A stretch of 64,000 nucleotides of DNA from Verrucomicrobiota bacterium (GTDB taxonomy: Bacteria; Verrucomicrobiota; Verrucomicrobiia; Opitutales; Cerasicoccaceae): the NCBI GenBank assembly GCA_039818205.1, contig JBCBUK010000003.1, forward strand, positions 32,001 through 96,000. The letters are read 5' to 3'. Position 1 is the stretch's first letter. Every line of letters starts with the position of its first letter. A model generated the notes under the pieces. That model did not search any database. It worked only from the letters and a program-made list of their open reading frames with translations, and was not told the origin of the DNA. The position numbers and the translations under genes were made by a program. Shown here piece after piece: positions 18,173 to 28,883 of the stretch.

Positions 18173-18985
18173 ATGAATTTCTTTAACTATACGTTACCAG
18201 CGTTATATTTTGGCGTTTCTGCCCTGGTTATCACCGGATGTGGGGGCAAGGCGGAGCAGGCAGAAAAGCCCGCACCAAAAACGTCCGCTCAATGGGCTGA
18301 TCATTCGCAGCGCAGTCACGGCCTCGAGACTTGGTGGGGCAAACAGGTGGTTGCTATGGACATGGACGTCGTGTTTGGCGGCTCGCCAATTGTTGATGGT
18401 GTATTTACCTTCGAAGCACATGGGCCGAAGGCGAAGTATGAGGCCCCGGAGGGGCTTGTCGTATTTGATGGCAAAGAGGCGCACGTTTCAGTCAATCCAG
18501 CTGATTGGCCAATGGCTCGTTTTCATGTTTTGACCTGGCCTTGGTTTTTGATCGCTCCGGTTAAAATGACGGGTGAGGGCATTGAGCTCAGCGATAAGAA
18601 ATACATCATGCTCAATGGTAAGGAGTACCTGACCTTTAAGCAGACTTTCGCGGCCGGCGTGGGAGACACTCCCGACGACTGGTACCGTTATTTCATTGAT
18701 CCCTCCACTGGACGCGTGGAAGCCCTCAGCTACATCGTTACCTACGGGAAGGATGCAGAGAAGGCTGAGGAACAGCCGTCTATTGTCTTTTACAAAAACT
18801 ACCAATCGTTTGATGGCGTCGAATTCGCGACGAAATACGAGTTCTGGTATTGGGATGAAAAAACCGGAAAGCTCGTCGGCGATGCTCCTAAAGGCGAAGC
18901 CACGGTGAACTCTGTTACCTTCTTGGAATCGGCTGACTTCGCTATTCCAGAGGGCGCTCAAATTCAAGCGCTGCCGGGGAGTTGA
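18173..18985 (+). CDS. Lipoprotein of unknown function (DUF6503-like)
   Basis: Lipobox LVITGC; motifs HG...W and VGDTPDDWY. Confidence 0.7.
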   Translation: MNFFNYTLPALYFGVSALVITGCGGKAEQAEKPAPKTSAQWADHSQRSHGLETWWGKQVVAMDMDVVFGGSPIVDGVFTFEAHGPKAKYEAPEGLVVFDGKEAHVSVNPADWPMARFHVLTWPWFLIAPVKMTGEGIELSDKKYIMLNGKEYLTFKQTFAAGVGDTPDDWYRYFIDPSTGRVEALSYIVTYGKDAEKAEEQPSIVFYKNYQSFDGVEFATKYEFWYWDEKTGKLVGDAPKGEATVNSVTFLESADFAIPEGAQIQALPGS

Positions 18986-19043
18986 TTTTGAGAACGATCT
19001 CGGGCGTCGGGAACACATGGTGCCCCGAGGTCATGTTAAGTGG

Positions 19044-21566
19044 CTACACCGCCAGCGACCCCTCGAAGCGCTGTTGTTGCTGCGGGGTGAGAGGCGGGAG
19101 TTCGGCGAGTCGAATGATGCCGAAGTTCGATAGAACATATTGGCGGGCGAGCTCTTTGAAATCCATCCAGCGGTCCCAGTAGTAATCTGGGGCAAAGGCT
19201 ATGTGGTTAAGGATGCTGCGCCATTCAAGAGAAGCCCGCTCGATGTCGCCTTGGCGCAGTTCGTCGCCCAGAAAGCGGTTAGTTGAATCCGGGGATTCGC
19301 GCAGGGTCGCAATCACCTCAGCGGCGCCATTGCCGTAGCCCGGGGGAACACCAGCCTCTAGATAACCAGGGCAGGTAATGCCGCGATAAGTTAACCGGCA
19401 TAGATTGCCCAGGCGCCCGCTGGTATTGTCGAAGTGCTCGAAACGGTGGCCCGCGCGCAAGTTCGCAACATCAAACAACAGATCGTTAAGGTCATAGGTA
19501 CTGTCTTCGAGCGCAGCGGCGATGGCCAAGCCTTCTCCGTGATTAAAGAAACTGAAAATCACCCCGCGTCGGGTCGGGCGTTTTTTGCGGTCGATCAATC
19601 CGATCTTCAACCAGTTTTCCGCCGCGGTGCGTCTGGCGTGATCCTGCTCACCACTAGCAATTTCAGCAAAGCTCGGAAACGGATCTGGGGCGACCTCGCG
19701 TTGGGGTGGGTTAAGGAGCGCCTGGCCCTCGGAGTCGACCCGGGCAAATACGACGGCCTTTGAGTAGTCCAGGCGCGCTGAAATCAAATCGTTTTGTTCG
19801 AGCATCTCAACGACGCGACCGCCCTGAGTCAAATAGGGCAACAGTGGTGCGTAAACCTCTTCTAAACGTTCGATCGTGCAAAGACGCCCAGGTGTGCGTG
19901 CATCGGGCATCTCCTTTAGAAAGTGTTCCTTGAGCGCTCGATGAAACCATTTCACCAGCGAGACCCGACCTTTTCGTTCTTCCTGGGGAAAGGTCGCTAG
20001 CGGTACCTGACGACCATACCGTCGTCGGCCTTGGCCTTTTATGCGGCAGAGATTACCGTAGGCCACAGCCTGTAAGCTTTCCGGTGTTTCCAGGGCTGGT
20101 TTCCATTCCCCCTCGACATAAAGCAGGGTGTCCTCCAATGCGATTTTACTGGGTGCGCGCAAGCGCTCCCATTCGCCGGTGGAACCGCGCATTTGTTTGA
20201 TCTTTTTCTTTTCGGGTTCTCGAAAATGGAATTCACCCAAGGAATCGTTGCTGGTGGGAGCAGACGATTTTGCCGGCTTGCTTTGCGTCTTGGCTGGTGC
20301 CTTTTGAGGGGGCTTCTCTTTGCCTAGGCGCCGCAAGCCTAAGCGAAGTCGTTGCTCAGTAAACAAGCGTTCGACTAACTGATCCGCCGCCTTTACTGGC
20401 GAGTCTCCATCCTTGTCGGCTTCGTGCATGACCGCCAGGAAACTTGGCCAATCAACGGTGCTGGCCCGCTTCAAACTCAGTGGGCGTGCCTCGGAGAGGC
20501 GCGGTTTGTTCGGGGCGACCAGGACAAATCCTTTGTCGTCCAATCCGCGCCGACCGGCTCGGCCAAACATCTGAAGGAGCTCATCGGGGCGGACTTGAAA
20601 ACTGCGCCCGCTGTGCCGGTATTCCCGCTCGGTTACGAGCACGCTGCGCATGGAGAAATTGATTCCCGCGGCCAGGCCCGTAGTCGCGACGATGACGCGG
20701 AGCTGCCCGGCCTTAGCCAGCGGTTCGATCAGTCCGGCACGCTGGCGGTAGTTCAGCCCGCTGTGGTGAAAGGCAATGCGGTTGCGGAGGATCTTCGATA
20801 AGTCGTCCCCGGCAATTGCGCGCTGCTCGGCTGTGAGCTCCAGCCACTCGGGCAAGGGCAGGGCCGCACTGAGCTTTGCTGCGAGGGTTTCCGCTTCTCG
20901 GCGCTGCGGGGCAAAAACCAGAATCGGTCCAAAGTCCTCGGCTAGCGCCCGGGCAATCATCCGGGGCCAAAATCCGCGGACGTGATTCGATGCAACGTCG
21001 GGCAGTGCTTGCAATTGAACCTCGTCTTGGGGGACAGGGCGTTGTTTGTGCTCAACGAGTACGGCGTCGCGCCCGATCTGCCGAAGCCAATTGACCAGTT
21101 TTTCCGGGTTGGCCACACTTCCAGAGAGTAGGAGGAGCTGAGTGCCCGGGGGTGCCAGGGCGATCGCGAGCTCGTAATTGATGCCGCGCCGGGCATCGGC
21201 AAGCATCTGATATTCATCAATAACCAGAAGGCCAGGGCCTCGGCCTTGGAGAAACTTGGCTTTCTGGGTCTCCAGGGTGGCCACCACGACTGAGGCATCC
21301 AGTTTGTCGGCGACGTCGCCCGTACAGAGGCCAACGTTCCAGCCCTTGCCTCGCCATTCATAGAGCTTGTCATTGGCGAGCGCCCGGGTTGGCACTGTGT
21401 AGATAGCCTGGCTTCGGAGACCGCGCTCCACCAGCAATTCGAAAATATAGGTTTTCCCCGCGCCGGTCGGAGCGTTGACGACGACATCCCGTCCTGCGAG
21501 CAGGTGATTTACCGCGTCTTGCTGCCAAAGATCAGGAATCCTGAGATGATTAGGGATACCTTCCAC
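19044..21566 (-). CDS. SF2 Ski2-like DEAD/DEAH-box helicase
   Basis: APTGAGKT, PTRALANDK, DEYQ, FHHSGL, TTGLAAGIN, QMFGRAGRRG. Probable GTG start at 21566. Confidence 0.88.
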   Translation of the reverse strand: MEGIPNHLRIPDLWQQDAVNHLLAGRDVVVNAPTGAGKTYIFELLVERGLRSQAIYTVPTRALANDKLYEWRGKGWNVGLCTGDVADKLDASVVVATLETQKAKFLQGRGPGLLVIDEYQMLADARRGINYELAIALAPPGTQLLLLSGSVANPEKLVNWLRQIGRDAVLVEHKQRPVPQDEVQLQALPDVASNHVRGFWPRMIARALAEDFGPILVFAPQRREAETLAAKLSAALPLPEWLELTAEQRAIAGDDLSKILRNRIAFHHSGLNYRQRAGLIEPLAKAGQLRVIVATTGLAAGINFSMRSVLVTEREYRHSGRSFQVRPDELLQMFGRAGRRGLDDKGFVLVAPNKPRLSEARPLSLKRASTVDWPSFLAVMHEADKDGDSPVKAADQLVERLFTEQRLRLGLRRLGKEKPPQKAPAKTQSKPAKSSAPTSNDSLGEFHFREPEKKKIKQMRGSTGEWERLRAPSKIALEDTLLYVEGEWKPALETPESLQAVAYGNLCRIKGQGRRRYGRQVPLATFPQEERKGRVSLVKWFHRALKEHFLKEMPDARTPGRLCTIERLEEVYAPLLPYLTQGGRVVEMLEQNDLISARLDYSKAVVFARVDSEGQALLNPPQREVAPDPFPSFAEIASGEQDHARRTAAENWLKIGLIDRKKRPTRRGVIFSFFNHGEGLAIAAALEDSTYDLNDLLFDVANLRAGHRFEHFDNTSGRLGNLCRLTYRGITCPGYLEAGVPPGYGNGAAEVIATLRESPDSTNRFLGDELRQGDIERASLEWRSILNHIAFAPDYYWDRWMDFKELARQYVLSNFGIIRLAELPPLTPQQQQRFEGSLAV

Positions 21567-21733
21567 TCTGAATTTGAAGTAAAAGGAGTTCGTGAAGCAA
21601 AAGCAACGCCAACTTATCAACGGAGCCGTTACAGCTGCATGACAGCGACCGCTCGTGTCACTGATGCGTCAAATTGTCCATCATGCAAAATACGTGTCTT
21701 TACTTTTTGTGAAACATATATTAAGCACGATTT

Positions 21734-22468
21734 ATGAGCTGGTACTACGCAGACGCTGGGAATTCGATTGGCCCAATCACGGACGAGGAGCTCTATCAGC
21801 TCCGGGTGAATGGCATCGTGCACGAGAATACCATGGTCTGGCAGAATGGCTGGCCAGAGTGGGTCCCCTACGGTCAGGCCCCCGGATATGTGCCCTTAGC
21901 CTCGTCACCGGCTGCAGCTCCTCCGGCAGCGGCGACACCGCCGCCGACAGCGGTTCCCTTGCAGCCCGAAGCCATGCCTGCCAGTCCGCCGGTAGCAATT
22001 CCCGGATCAGAAACTGGAGAGGTAGAAGTATCGCAAGAGTTGGCCAAGGCCGCAGGTGTCTTTCAAGGCGGAGCGCGTTGGTATTACTGGATCGCTGGAT
22101 TGTCGCTCGTCAACTCAGCGATCGCGCTTTTTGACGGGGGCACGTATTTTGTCGTCGGTCTCGCGGTGTCGATTATCGTGGATCAAATCGGATACGGCCT
22201 ATCGGAGACGATGGGGCAGGCGGCAATGTATGGCGCTTTTGGAGTCAACCTGGTGATCTCAGCGATTGTAGCTGCATTCGGCTATTTCTCCCTCAAAGGC
22301 GTTCGCTGGCTGATGATCGTGGGGATCGTTCTCTACGTGGGCGATGGGTTGATTTTTCTCCTGTTCCAAGATTGGCTCTCGGTTGCATTTCACGCCTACG
22401 CGACCTTCTGCTTGGTTAATGGAACTATAGCCCTCGGCAAGTTGAATGCTGCCGGTATCAAACTCTAG
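21734..22468 (+). CDS. GYF_2 (DUF4339) domain membrane protein
   Basis: WYY....GP..EL....G.....VW..GW.EW N-terminal domain, Pro/Ala linker, then 4-5 TM segments. Confidence 0.85.
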   Translation: MSWYYADAGNSIGPITDEELYQLRVNGIVHENTMVWQNGWPEWVPYGQAPGYVPLASSPAAAPPAAATPPPTAVPLQPEAMPASPPVAIPGSETGEVEVSQELAKAAGVFQGGARWYYWIAGLSLVNSAIALFDGGTYFVVGLAVSIIVDQIGYGLSETMGQAAMYGAFGVNLVISAIVAAFGYFSLKGVRWLMIVGIVLYVGDGLIFLLFQDWLSVAFHAYATFCLVNGTIALGKLNAAGIKL

Positions 22469-22518
22469 AACTGGATTCAACGCTCATGAGATTGAGGGCG
22501 GAGGCGGTTTGTCGAGAT

Positions 22519-23007
22519 CTACTGGGCTCCGAATGATAAACCGCCACTGGCATATTCGCTCCCAAAGGTGAGCGACAGATTCGCGACCTGATAGGCACCC
22601 GATTGAATCTGCTGGGATGTCAGCGGAGAGAGCGGGTGAATAAATGCTCCATAAACGAATCCATTACTGACTGCGTAGCGGGCGTCTAGTGCACTGTGGA
22701 AGTTGGCGTTCAACATGGCATCTTTCTGGGCGTCGGTCAGCTCGCTGGCCTCAGCAATTTCTGTAATGAAACGCATGCGGTCGTGATTCTCATCGGTGAA
22801 GCAATAGAGCACGACATCATTAACGGTGAAGCGCATGGCATTGCCGTCACGCTCAACGTTTTCCGCAAACGATTGGATTTCCTTTTCCAATCGACCGGTG
22901 TCCATGCTTGAGTTTCCGAAATTGCCGAGAAAGCCAGTGCTTGCGATCATGATAACGATTAAGGTGGAGATGATGCCCAGGTAGCGGGCAAAATAGGCAT
23001 GTTTCAT
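22519..23007 (-). CDS. Hypothetical protein with N-terminal membrane anchor (YbjN/T3SS-chaperone-like fold possible)
   Basis: Likely start MKHAYF at 23007; DRMR..., MLNANFHSALDARYA, FIHPLS, TFGSEY.SG.L.FG. Confidence 0.6.
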   Translation of the reverse strand: MKHAYFARYLGIISTLIVIMIASTGFLGNFGNSSMDTGRLEKEIQSFAENVERDGNAMRFTVNDVVLYCFTDENHDRMRFITEIAEASELTDAQKDAMLNANFHSALDARYAVSNGFVYGAFIHPLSPLTSQQIQSGAYQVANLSLTFGSEYASGGLSFGAQ

Positions 23008-23109
23008 TGAGCGAAAGAATACGTTTTCGGGCAGACTTGTCAAAGATGATGCCAATGAAATTAATCCAACTGTATCTGATTGCGTGGCTCAGTATCGGCA
23101 GCTTTCGAT

Positions 23110-24225
23110 CTAGTCGAAGATCAACAGACAATAGGTTGAAAACAGAATCAAATGGATGAGGCCTTGGACAACGTTGGTTCGCGGAGCGGAGAAATTCACC
23201 GCCGATACTGCGAGGGTCAGAACCAGGAGAATTTCACCGACTGGTGATAGCCCGAGGACGACTTTTTTACCAGTAAACATGCCGATCAAAAGCACTGCCG
23301 GAACGGTTAACCCGATGGTTGCCAGGGCTGAGCCCAGGCAGATATTCATCGAGCGCTGCAAGCGGTTCTGCAGCGAAGCCTTGATGGCCGCCATCGCTTC
23401 CGGCGCCAGAACCAATATCGCCACGAGGAATCCGCCGAGTGCCGCGGGAGCCCCGGCGTTGGCAATCCCGTGGTCGATAATGACCGCAATCTTCTTCGAA
23501 AGCAGCACGATTGGCACCATCGAAAGAACCAGGAGGGCAACGTGGTAGGGGATGCTGCGAATCTCCAAGTTTCCGTGGTCATCATGGTCGTCGCCGTCAC
23601 CGTTCGTGGGTGCCATAAAAAACGGACGATGCCGCATCGTTTGAATTGCCAAAAACGCACCGTAGAGTGCTGCGGTCGCAACGATGATAAAAATCGCTTG
23701 GCTGGTGGAGAAGGTCCCCGGCTCGGTTGCTTTGGTAAAGTTGGGCAGCAACAGACCCAGAACAGCGAGCGGAATCAAGACGCTTAGAAAGACGTTCGCG
23801 CCCTGCAGGTTAAACTCCTGCTGATGGTGTTTCAGTCCACCGATAAACAGACACAATCCGACAAGCCCGTTCAGCACAATCATGACGACCGCAAACATCA
23901 TATCCCGGCCGAGCGTTGGATTTTCCGAACCCGTGAGCATCACTGCGGAGACCATGATGACCTCGATGGTGATCACGGAAAGTGTCAGAATTAATGTGCC
24001 GTAGGGTTCGCCGAGTTTGATGGCGAGGCAGTCGGCATGTTTCACGACACCGAAGGACGACCAAAGCATCACGGCAAACAGCCAGACGAATAGGAACAGA
24101 GTCAGCGGAAGGTTGCTGAGATCCGCAAGCCAGCCCTTGCCAAAGAGCAAAAATAGCCCAGCAGAGATCAGCCCGATGATCAAGCTCAGCTCCGCACGAT
24201 AGAATGGTTTGAAGCTATCCGACAT
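23110..24225 (-). CDS. chaA: Ca2+/H+ antiporter (ChaA family)
   Basis: LGEPYGTLILTLSVITIEV, LAPE, LQRSMNICLGSALATIGLTVPAV. Confidence 0.88.
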   Translation of the reverse strand: MSDSFKPFYRAELSLIIGLISAGLFLLFGKGWLADLSNLPLTLFLFVWLFAVMLWSSFGVVKHADCLAIKLGEPYGTLILTLSVITIEVIMVSAVMLTGSENPTLGRDMMFAVVMIVLNGLVGLCLFIGGLKHHQQEFNLQGANVFLSVLIPLAVLGLLLPNFTKATEPGTFSTSQAIFIIVATAALYGAFLAIQTMRHRPFFMAPTNGDGDDHDDHGNLEIRSIPYHVALLVLSMVPIVLLSKKIAVIIDHGIANAGAPAALGGFLVAILVLAPEAMAAIKASLQNRLQRSMNICLGSALATIGLTVPAVLLIGMFTGKKVVLGLSPVGEILLVLTLAVSAVNFSAPRTNVVQGLIHLILFSTYCLLIFD

Positions 24226-24332
24226 GAGTAGTAGTTTTGTGGTCTCAGACTATGAGCGTCGGAGAACGCGGCAATGCCTATTCCGCGGAATTCAATAATT
24301 GGTATCGGTCCCAACTGGCAATTCACAGGATG

Positions 24333-25595
24333 CTAGGCAGACGGCCGATTCCCTGGAGCTTCGTCTTCGCGTTTGATAAACGGCGAGCGGGTGCCGGTGT
24401 GTACTTTGGCTTTCGGGAAGCAGATTCGGGAGACCGCTTCGTCGAAATCTTTCACGCCGCGCAGAATTTCGACCTCGAGCCGCAGGTAGAAAAACGGTGC
24501 CTGTTCGGGGACCCATTCCGGGCGGAGGCGCACGGCGTCTTTCTCGGTGGTGATCACGAGGTCGACTTGGGCTTCGTTGGCTTGATCGAAGTAGTGTTCG
24601 ATCTCCCATGGTGTGAACATGTGGTGATCCAGGAAGCGGCGGTTGAAAACGATTTTTGCGCCGAGTTTGATCAGAAAGGCTTCGAAGCTCTCGGGTGTCG
24701 CGATGCCACTGAATGAGGCCACGCGTTTGCCCTCAAGAAAACTGAGCGGGTGTTCTTCTTCGGTGAAGACCGATTGAATGTATTTGGGCTGGTGCGTGCA
24801 TTCGATGAACTCGGTGTCCGGCTTGTGTTGGCGAATCAAGGCTTCCAGCTCGGGGTCGGGCTCGCCGTCGCTCTTGGTGAGGAAGACGTAGGACGCCCGC
24901 TGAAGGTGCTTGATCGGTTCCCGCAAGATGCCTCGCGGAAGCATGTTCTGATTTCCGAAGGGATTGTTCTTATCGACCATCAACAGATTTAGCTGGCCGC
25001 GCAGCGGTAGGTATTGGAAGCCGTCGTCGAGCAACAGGGTGTCGGCGCCAAATTCACGAATAGCATATTCGCCCGCCTTGACGCGGTTTTTGTCGACCAG
25101 CACGACCACGCCCGGTAGGTTTCGCGCTAGCATATAGGGTTCATCACCAGCAACATGTGAGTCGAGCAGGACGTTCTCACCGTCGCTGACGATCTTGGGT
25201 GGTGGCGCCTTACGATGAGTCAGCCAGCGGATAAATCGTTTGTAGAGGGGCTCCTTTTTACTGCCATAGCCCCGGCTGAGAATTGCGACTTTACGGCCTC
25301 GCTCGTGCAACGAGCGCGCAAATTTCTCCACCACGGGCGTTTTCCCGGTGCCGCCAACGGTCAGATTCCCCACGACCACGACCAGACAGCCGAGGGGTTG
25401 GTCGCGCAGGACCCGTTTGCGATAAAGGAAGGTGCGGGTCTGGACAATCCCGCTGAACACTTGAGAAAGGGACTTTAGAAACGCACCGTACATACTCTCG
25501 ATGCGCCCATGACGCCGGTCAAACGCAACGTCGATGGTAAACTCCTCCAGGCGCTCCAGGCGGTGTTTCCATCGCTCCTTGAATGACAGGTCCAT
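24333..25595 (-). CDS. lpxK: Tetraacyldisaccharide 4'-kinase
   Basis: [50 protein letters not shown]. Confidence 0.95.
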   Translation of the reverse strand: MDLSFKERWKHRLERLEEFTIDVAFDRRHGRIESMYGAFLKSLSQVFSGIVQTRTFLYRKRVLRDQPLGCLVVVVGNLTVGGTGKTPVVEKFARSLHERGRKVAILSRGYGSKKEPLYKRFIRWLTHRKAPPPKIVSDGENVLLDSHVAGDEPYMLARNLPGVVVLVDKNRVKAGEYAIREFGADTLLLDDGFQYLPLRGQLNLLMVDKNNPFGNQNMLPRGILREPIKHLQRASYVFLTKSDGEPDPELEALIRQHKPDTEFIECTHQPKYIQSVFTEEEHPLSFLEGKRVASFSGIATPESFEAFLIKLGAKIVFNRRFLDHHMFTPWEIEHYFDQANEAQVDLVITTEKDAVRLRPEWVPEQAPFFYLRLEVEILRGVKDFDEAVSRICFPKAKVHTGTRSPFIKREDEAPGNRPSA

Positions 25596-25801
25596 TGGTT
25601 TCCAGTCACTCCGTTAACCGGACAAATGTAAAGCGGAATTCGCGGGATCGGAGTCGGTGCTGGCGGTCACGACTCGCCAGGATCGGCTTAAATTGCTGAG
25701 AAATCGCGTCGTTCCTGGCAACTGCGTAAATTTGGGCTGGCCTGAGTACGAGCATCTGGTACAAAACGAATTTTTCTTTCGGCCAGACAAAGATTACGAT
25801 T

Positions 25802-27043
25802 ATGGCATCTGCTGACACCGCGAACGACGAAAAGCTCACTAAGCAAAGCAAACCCGGCCAGGCTGACGGCCAGCGCCCACAGGACCTTGAGATTAAGGAC
25901 GCCTCCTTGATTTTCAACGCGGTGTGGCAGGAGCTCGAGGATCAGTTCGGGCGTGATCATTTGAATTTTCCGCGAGAGGTTCACTGGCTCAATGGAGCGC
26001 CCGGCGCTGGTAAAGGCACCCACACGCGTACGCTCATGGAGTATCGCGACCTTACGGAGGTGCCCGTTGTCGTCAGTGAGTTACTCAACAGTCCGGAAGC
26101 GCGCAAGCGTATCGACGCTGGCATGCTCGTTGGTGACCGCGAGGTGACTTCGCTCGTCTTTCACAAGCTGCTCGATCCGCGTTACGAGAGCGGAGTGGTG
26201 GTCGACGGCTATCCACGTTCGAAGACTCAGGTTGAGTGTTTGAAGCTCCTCTACCGCAAGTTGAATGACCTGCGGGCCGAGTTTCGGGATACCTTGTTGA
26301 GCTCCCGTTTCCGCAAGCCGCAGTTCCATATTATCGTGCTCTTTATTGAAGAGGATGAGAGTATTAAGCGGCAACTCCTGCGGGGCGTTAAGGCGGCGGA
26401 ACACAATCGCGAGGTCGAGGCCTCGGGGATGGGAAAGATCAAAGAGATCCGGAAAACTGACCTGAGTGAAGATGCGGCGCGTCGCCGTTATCGGACTTTT
26501 AAGGACGTTACCTACGAGGCGCTTAAATCCCTCCGTGAGGTTTTCCACTACCACTACGTCAACGCGTTTGGTTCGATTAAGGAAGTGCGGGCCCGCGTTA
26601 TTGATGAGCTAAAATATCAAAGCACGCTGGAGCTTGAGCACAACACATTTGATACGGTCGCGCGGATTCCATTGGCGAGCCAGATCATCATGCATGCCCG
26701 CCAAGAGCTGGTTAAGCGATTGGACAACTATCAGCAGCAGGAGCCTGAATTGTTCCAGCAGGTGGTGGGCTTGGTCGGCGATAAGTTTATGCCCATTATT
26801 GAGCGCCACTCGATTTCGGGTTACGCAATCATCAACAGTGAGAGCGAGCTGTTTGACCACCCTTTGGCTTCGGCCATGCTCTTGGATATCTTTTCCGAGC
26901 GCGGGTATCATGCGACTGTTGACATCCAGCGCGAAGAGATTCCGTGCAAGATCGATCCGAAAACCTTTAAAATGGAAACCCGGATTAAAAGAGTCGTTCG
27001 GGTGCATGTGCGCTTCCCTGGTTCGGAGATTCGCCGCGGTTAA
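25802..27043 (+). CDS. Adenylate-kinase-family nucleoside monophosphate kinase (long form)
   Basis: P-loop GAPGAGKGT, GMLVGD, DGYPRS..Q; 413 aa with a long C-terminal extension. Confidence 0.8.
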   Translation: MASADTANDEKLTKQSKPGQADGQRPQDLEIKDASLIFNAVWQELEDQFGRDHLNFPREVHWLNGAPGAGKGTHTRTLMEYRDLTEVPVVVSELLNSPEARKRIDAGMLVGDREVTSLVFHKLLDPRYESGVVVDGYPRSKTQVECLKLLYRKLNDLRAEFRDTLLSSRFRKPQFHIIVLFIEEDESIKRQLLRGVKAAEHNREVEASGMGKIKEIRKTDLSEDAARRRYRTFKDVTYEALKSLREVFHYHYVNAFGSIKEVRARVIDELKYQSTLELEHNTFDTVARIPLASQIIMHARQELVKRLDNYQQQEPELFQQVVGLVGDKFMPIIERHSISGYAIINSESELFDHPLASAMLLDIFSERGYHATVDIQREEIPCKIDPKTFKMETRIKRVVRVHVRFPGSEIRRG

Positions 27044-27058
27044 CAATCCTTTTAAACT

Positions 27059-27646
27059 ATGCGTTGGTTTGCTTTATTCATCACCCTCCTTTGTGCGAAC
27101 GCTCTTCTGGCGAATTTGCCGCTTCGGGATTGCACGCTCAGTGTTTCCGCCTCCGGAGTCCCGGTTCCGCAGGAGCGCCTGAAGCCCTACCTGCGTGGTA
27201 ATTTGGTGGTGCTCAATGCCCGAGGATTTATCTTTGAGCCACCGGCAGCAAAGAGCATTAAGGCTGAGCCAACTGATGACATTAGCACTCCGTTTCGTAC
27301 GGCAATAAATTACCACCGCGCGATTCGAACCCAAGGTCCGGAGGAGATCGCTCGCTACTGGCATCCATCTTATCGGAAACAAATGCAGGCATATTTTTCG
27401 CGTCCAGAGATCCTCTCGGGTGCCAAGGAAAAGCTGAGTGCGACTGACAATATTGATAGCATGGGCATGCTCGAGTTGGATAACCGCGCGGTGATGTATG
27501 TCCGCTATGGTGGGAGGACTCAGGCCTTCGTCTGCGTCAAAGTCGGCGACGAGTATCTACTCGTGAACGATCCGGGAACTAAGACCTTGAATCAGATCGC
27601 CTGCGCCGCATTCGATTCTGGTCGGGTCGAGATGGCGTCCAACTAG
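27059..27646 (+). CDS. Exported hypothetical protein
   Basis: Sec signal MRWFALFITLLCANALLA; 15 bp after the kinase gene. Confidence 0.6.
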   Translation: MRWFALFITLLCANALLANLPLRDCTLSVSASGVPVPQERLKPYLRGNLVVLNARGFIFEPPAAKSIKAEPTDDISTPFRTAINYHRAIRTQGPEEIARYWHPSYRKQMQAYFSRPEILSGAKEKLSATDNIDSMGMLELDNRAVMYVRYGGRTQAFVCVKVGDEYLLVNDPGTKTLNQIACAAFDSGRVEMASN

Positions 27647-28593
27647 CGGCGAGATAGCTCGCGGGAAGAGGCATACAGGCGTTCGCTCAAGCGCAGGATT
27701 TTTTTGCGATAGACGATTCCATCGCGCCACTGTTCGGGGATATCTCGAATACCATAATATGCGCCGGCCAATTGGCCATATACGGCCGCCGTCGTGTCAG
27801 CATCTTCGCCGAGGTTCACGGCTGCCAATACGCCATCGGGAAAATTATCGGTACAGGCAAATGCCCAAAGAGCGGCTTCCAGGCACTGGGCAACGCCGCT
27901 GGAGCCACGGATGGCAGGCGGTGCCTTTTCCCAGTAGGAACCGCGGGCAACGATTTCAATCTCACCACATAACGGTTGGCTGAGCCAGATTCCTTGAACG
28001 GGCGCGAATCCCGGCTGCAAGAGGACTTCCTTTTCAACGCCATTGGCGGCGCCGACGATGAGGCCTCCAAAGTATCGGCAGGCATCAATACAGATTCTAG
28101 CTGCGTGCGTAAGCTTACTACTTTGCCCAGAGTAGGCGATCGCCTCTTTGGGGGAGTGAGCATAGTAAAGTGGAACCGGCGATAGCCGCATGATTGATCC
28201 GTTGGTCATGCTACGCTCGGTGGAAAGCCCAGCGAACGGTGCGCCCTCGGCTTCGTAGTATTCGATGGCTGCTTGGGTGGTTTTCCCAATGCCAAAGGCG
28301 TCATCTCGACTACTCCAATATCCAGCGCGCCACCATTGGCGGAAGCGATCGATGGCATCCGCAGGATTGAAGCCGTTTCGGGCTATGAGGCTCTCGGCCA
28401 GACACATTGCCAGTGCGGTGTCGTCCGTCCACTCTCCGGGTTCGACTTGAAACAATCCGCCGCCTCGAAAATTGTTTACCGGGGTGAACATGCCCGGGGC
28501 TAACCCTTCGACCGAAGCACCAAGCGCATCACCCACTGCTAAACCAAGCAGGGAGCCGTAGTAGCGCTCCAGCGGATCTACTTTCATAGACAT
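27643..28593 (-). CDS. ADP-ribosylglycohydrolase (DraG/ARH family)
   Basis: GLAVGDALG, WTDDT, NGSIMR, TH, GEDADTTAAVYGQLAGAYYG. Confidence 0.93.
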   Translation of the reverse strand: MSMKVDPLERYYGSLLGLAVGDALGASVEGLAPGMFTPVNNFRGGGLFQVEPGEWTDDTALAMCLAESLIARNGFNPADAIDRFRQWWRAGYWSSRDDAFGIGKTTQAAIEYYEAEGAPFAGLSTERSMTNGSIMRLSPVPLYYAHSPKEAIAYSGQSSKLTHAARICIDACRYFGGLIVGAANGVEKEVLLQPGFAPVQGIWLSQPLCGEIEIVARGSYWEKAPPAIRGSSGVAQCLEAALWAFACTDNFPDGVLAAVNLGEDADTTAAVYGQLAGAYYGIRDIPEQWRDGIVYRKKILRLSERLYASSRELSRR

Positions 28594-28883
28594 CTTGGTA
28601 TAAGATGGACTGAAATTGCGGATAGTTCAAGAGTAAGAATTTTGGCTCAATGTGACGCAGTGCAGCCGTTCGTCTGGGGTTCACGTGCGTTGTTTACGAG
28701 GAATTGCAGCGAACCGGTTTCTGCGAGATTCGGCCGATGAGCGGAATTTTTTCAATTTGGGTTATCCCATGAGAACAGGATGCCATAATGCGCAAAATTT
28801 CATGGAAAAATGGGGACTCAGTATCATTTCTTGTTGAATTCGTAGTCGATTTGCGGAATGAATCCATTGCCGTCTGACCAGCC

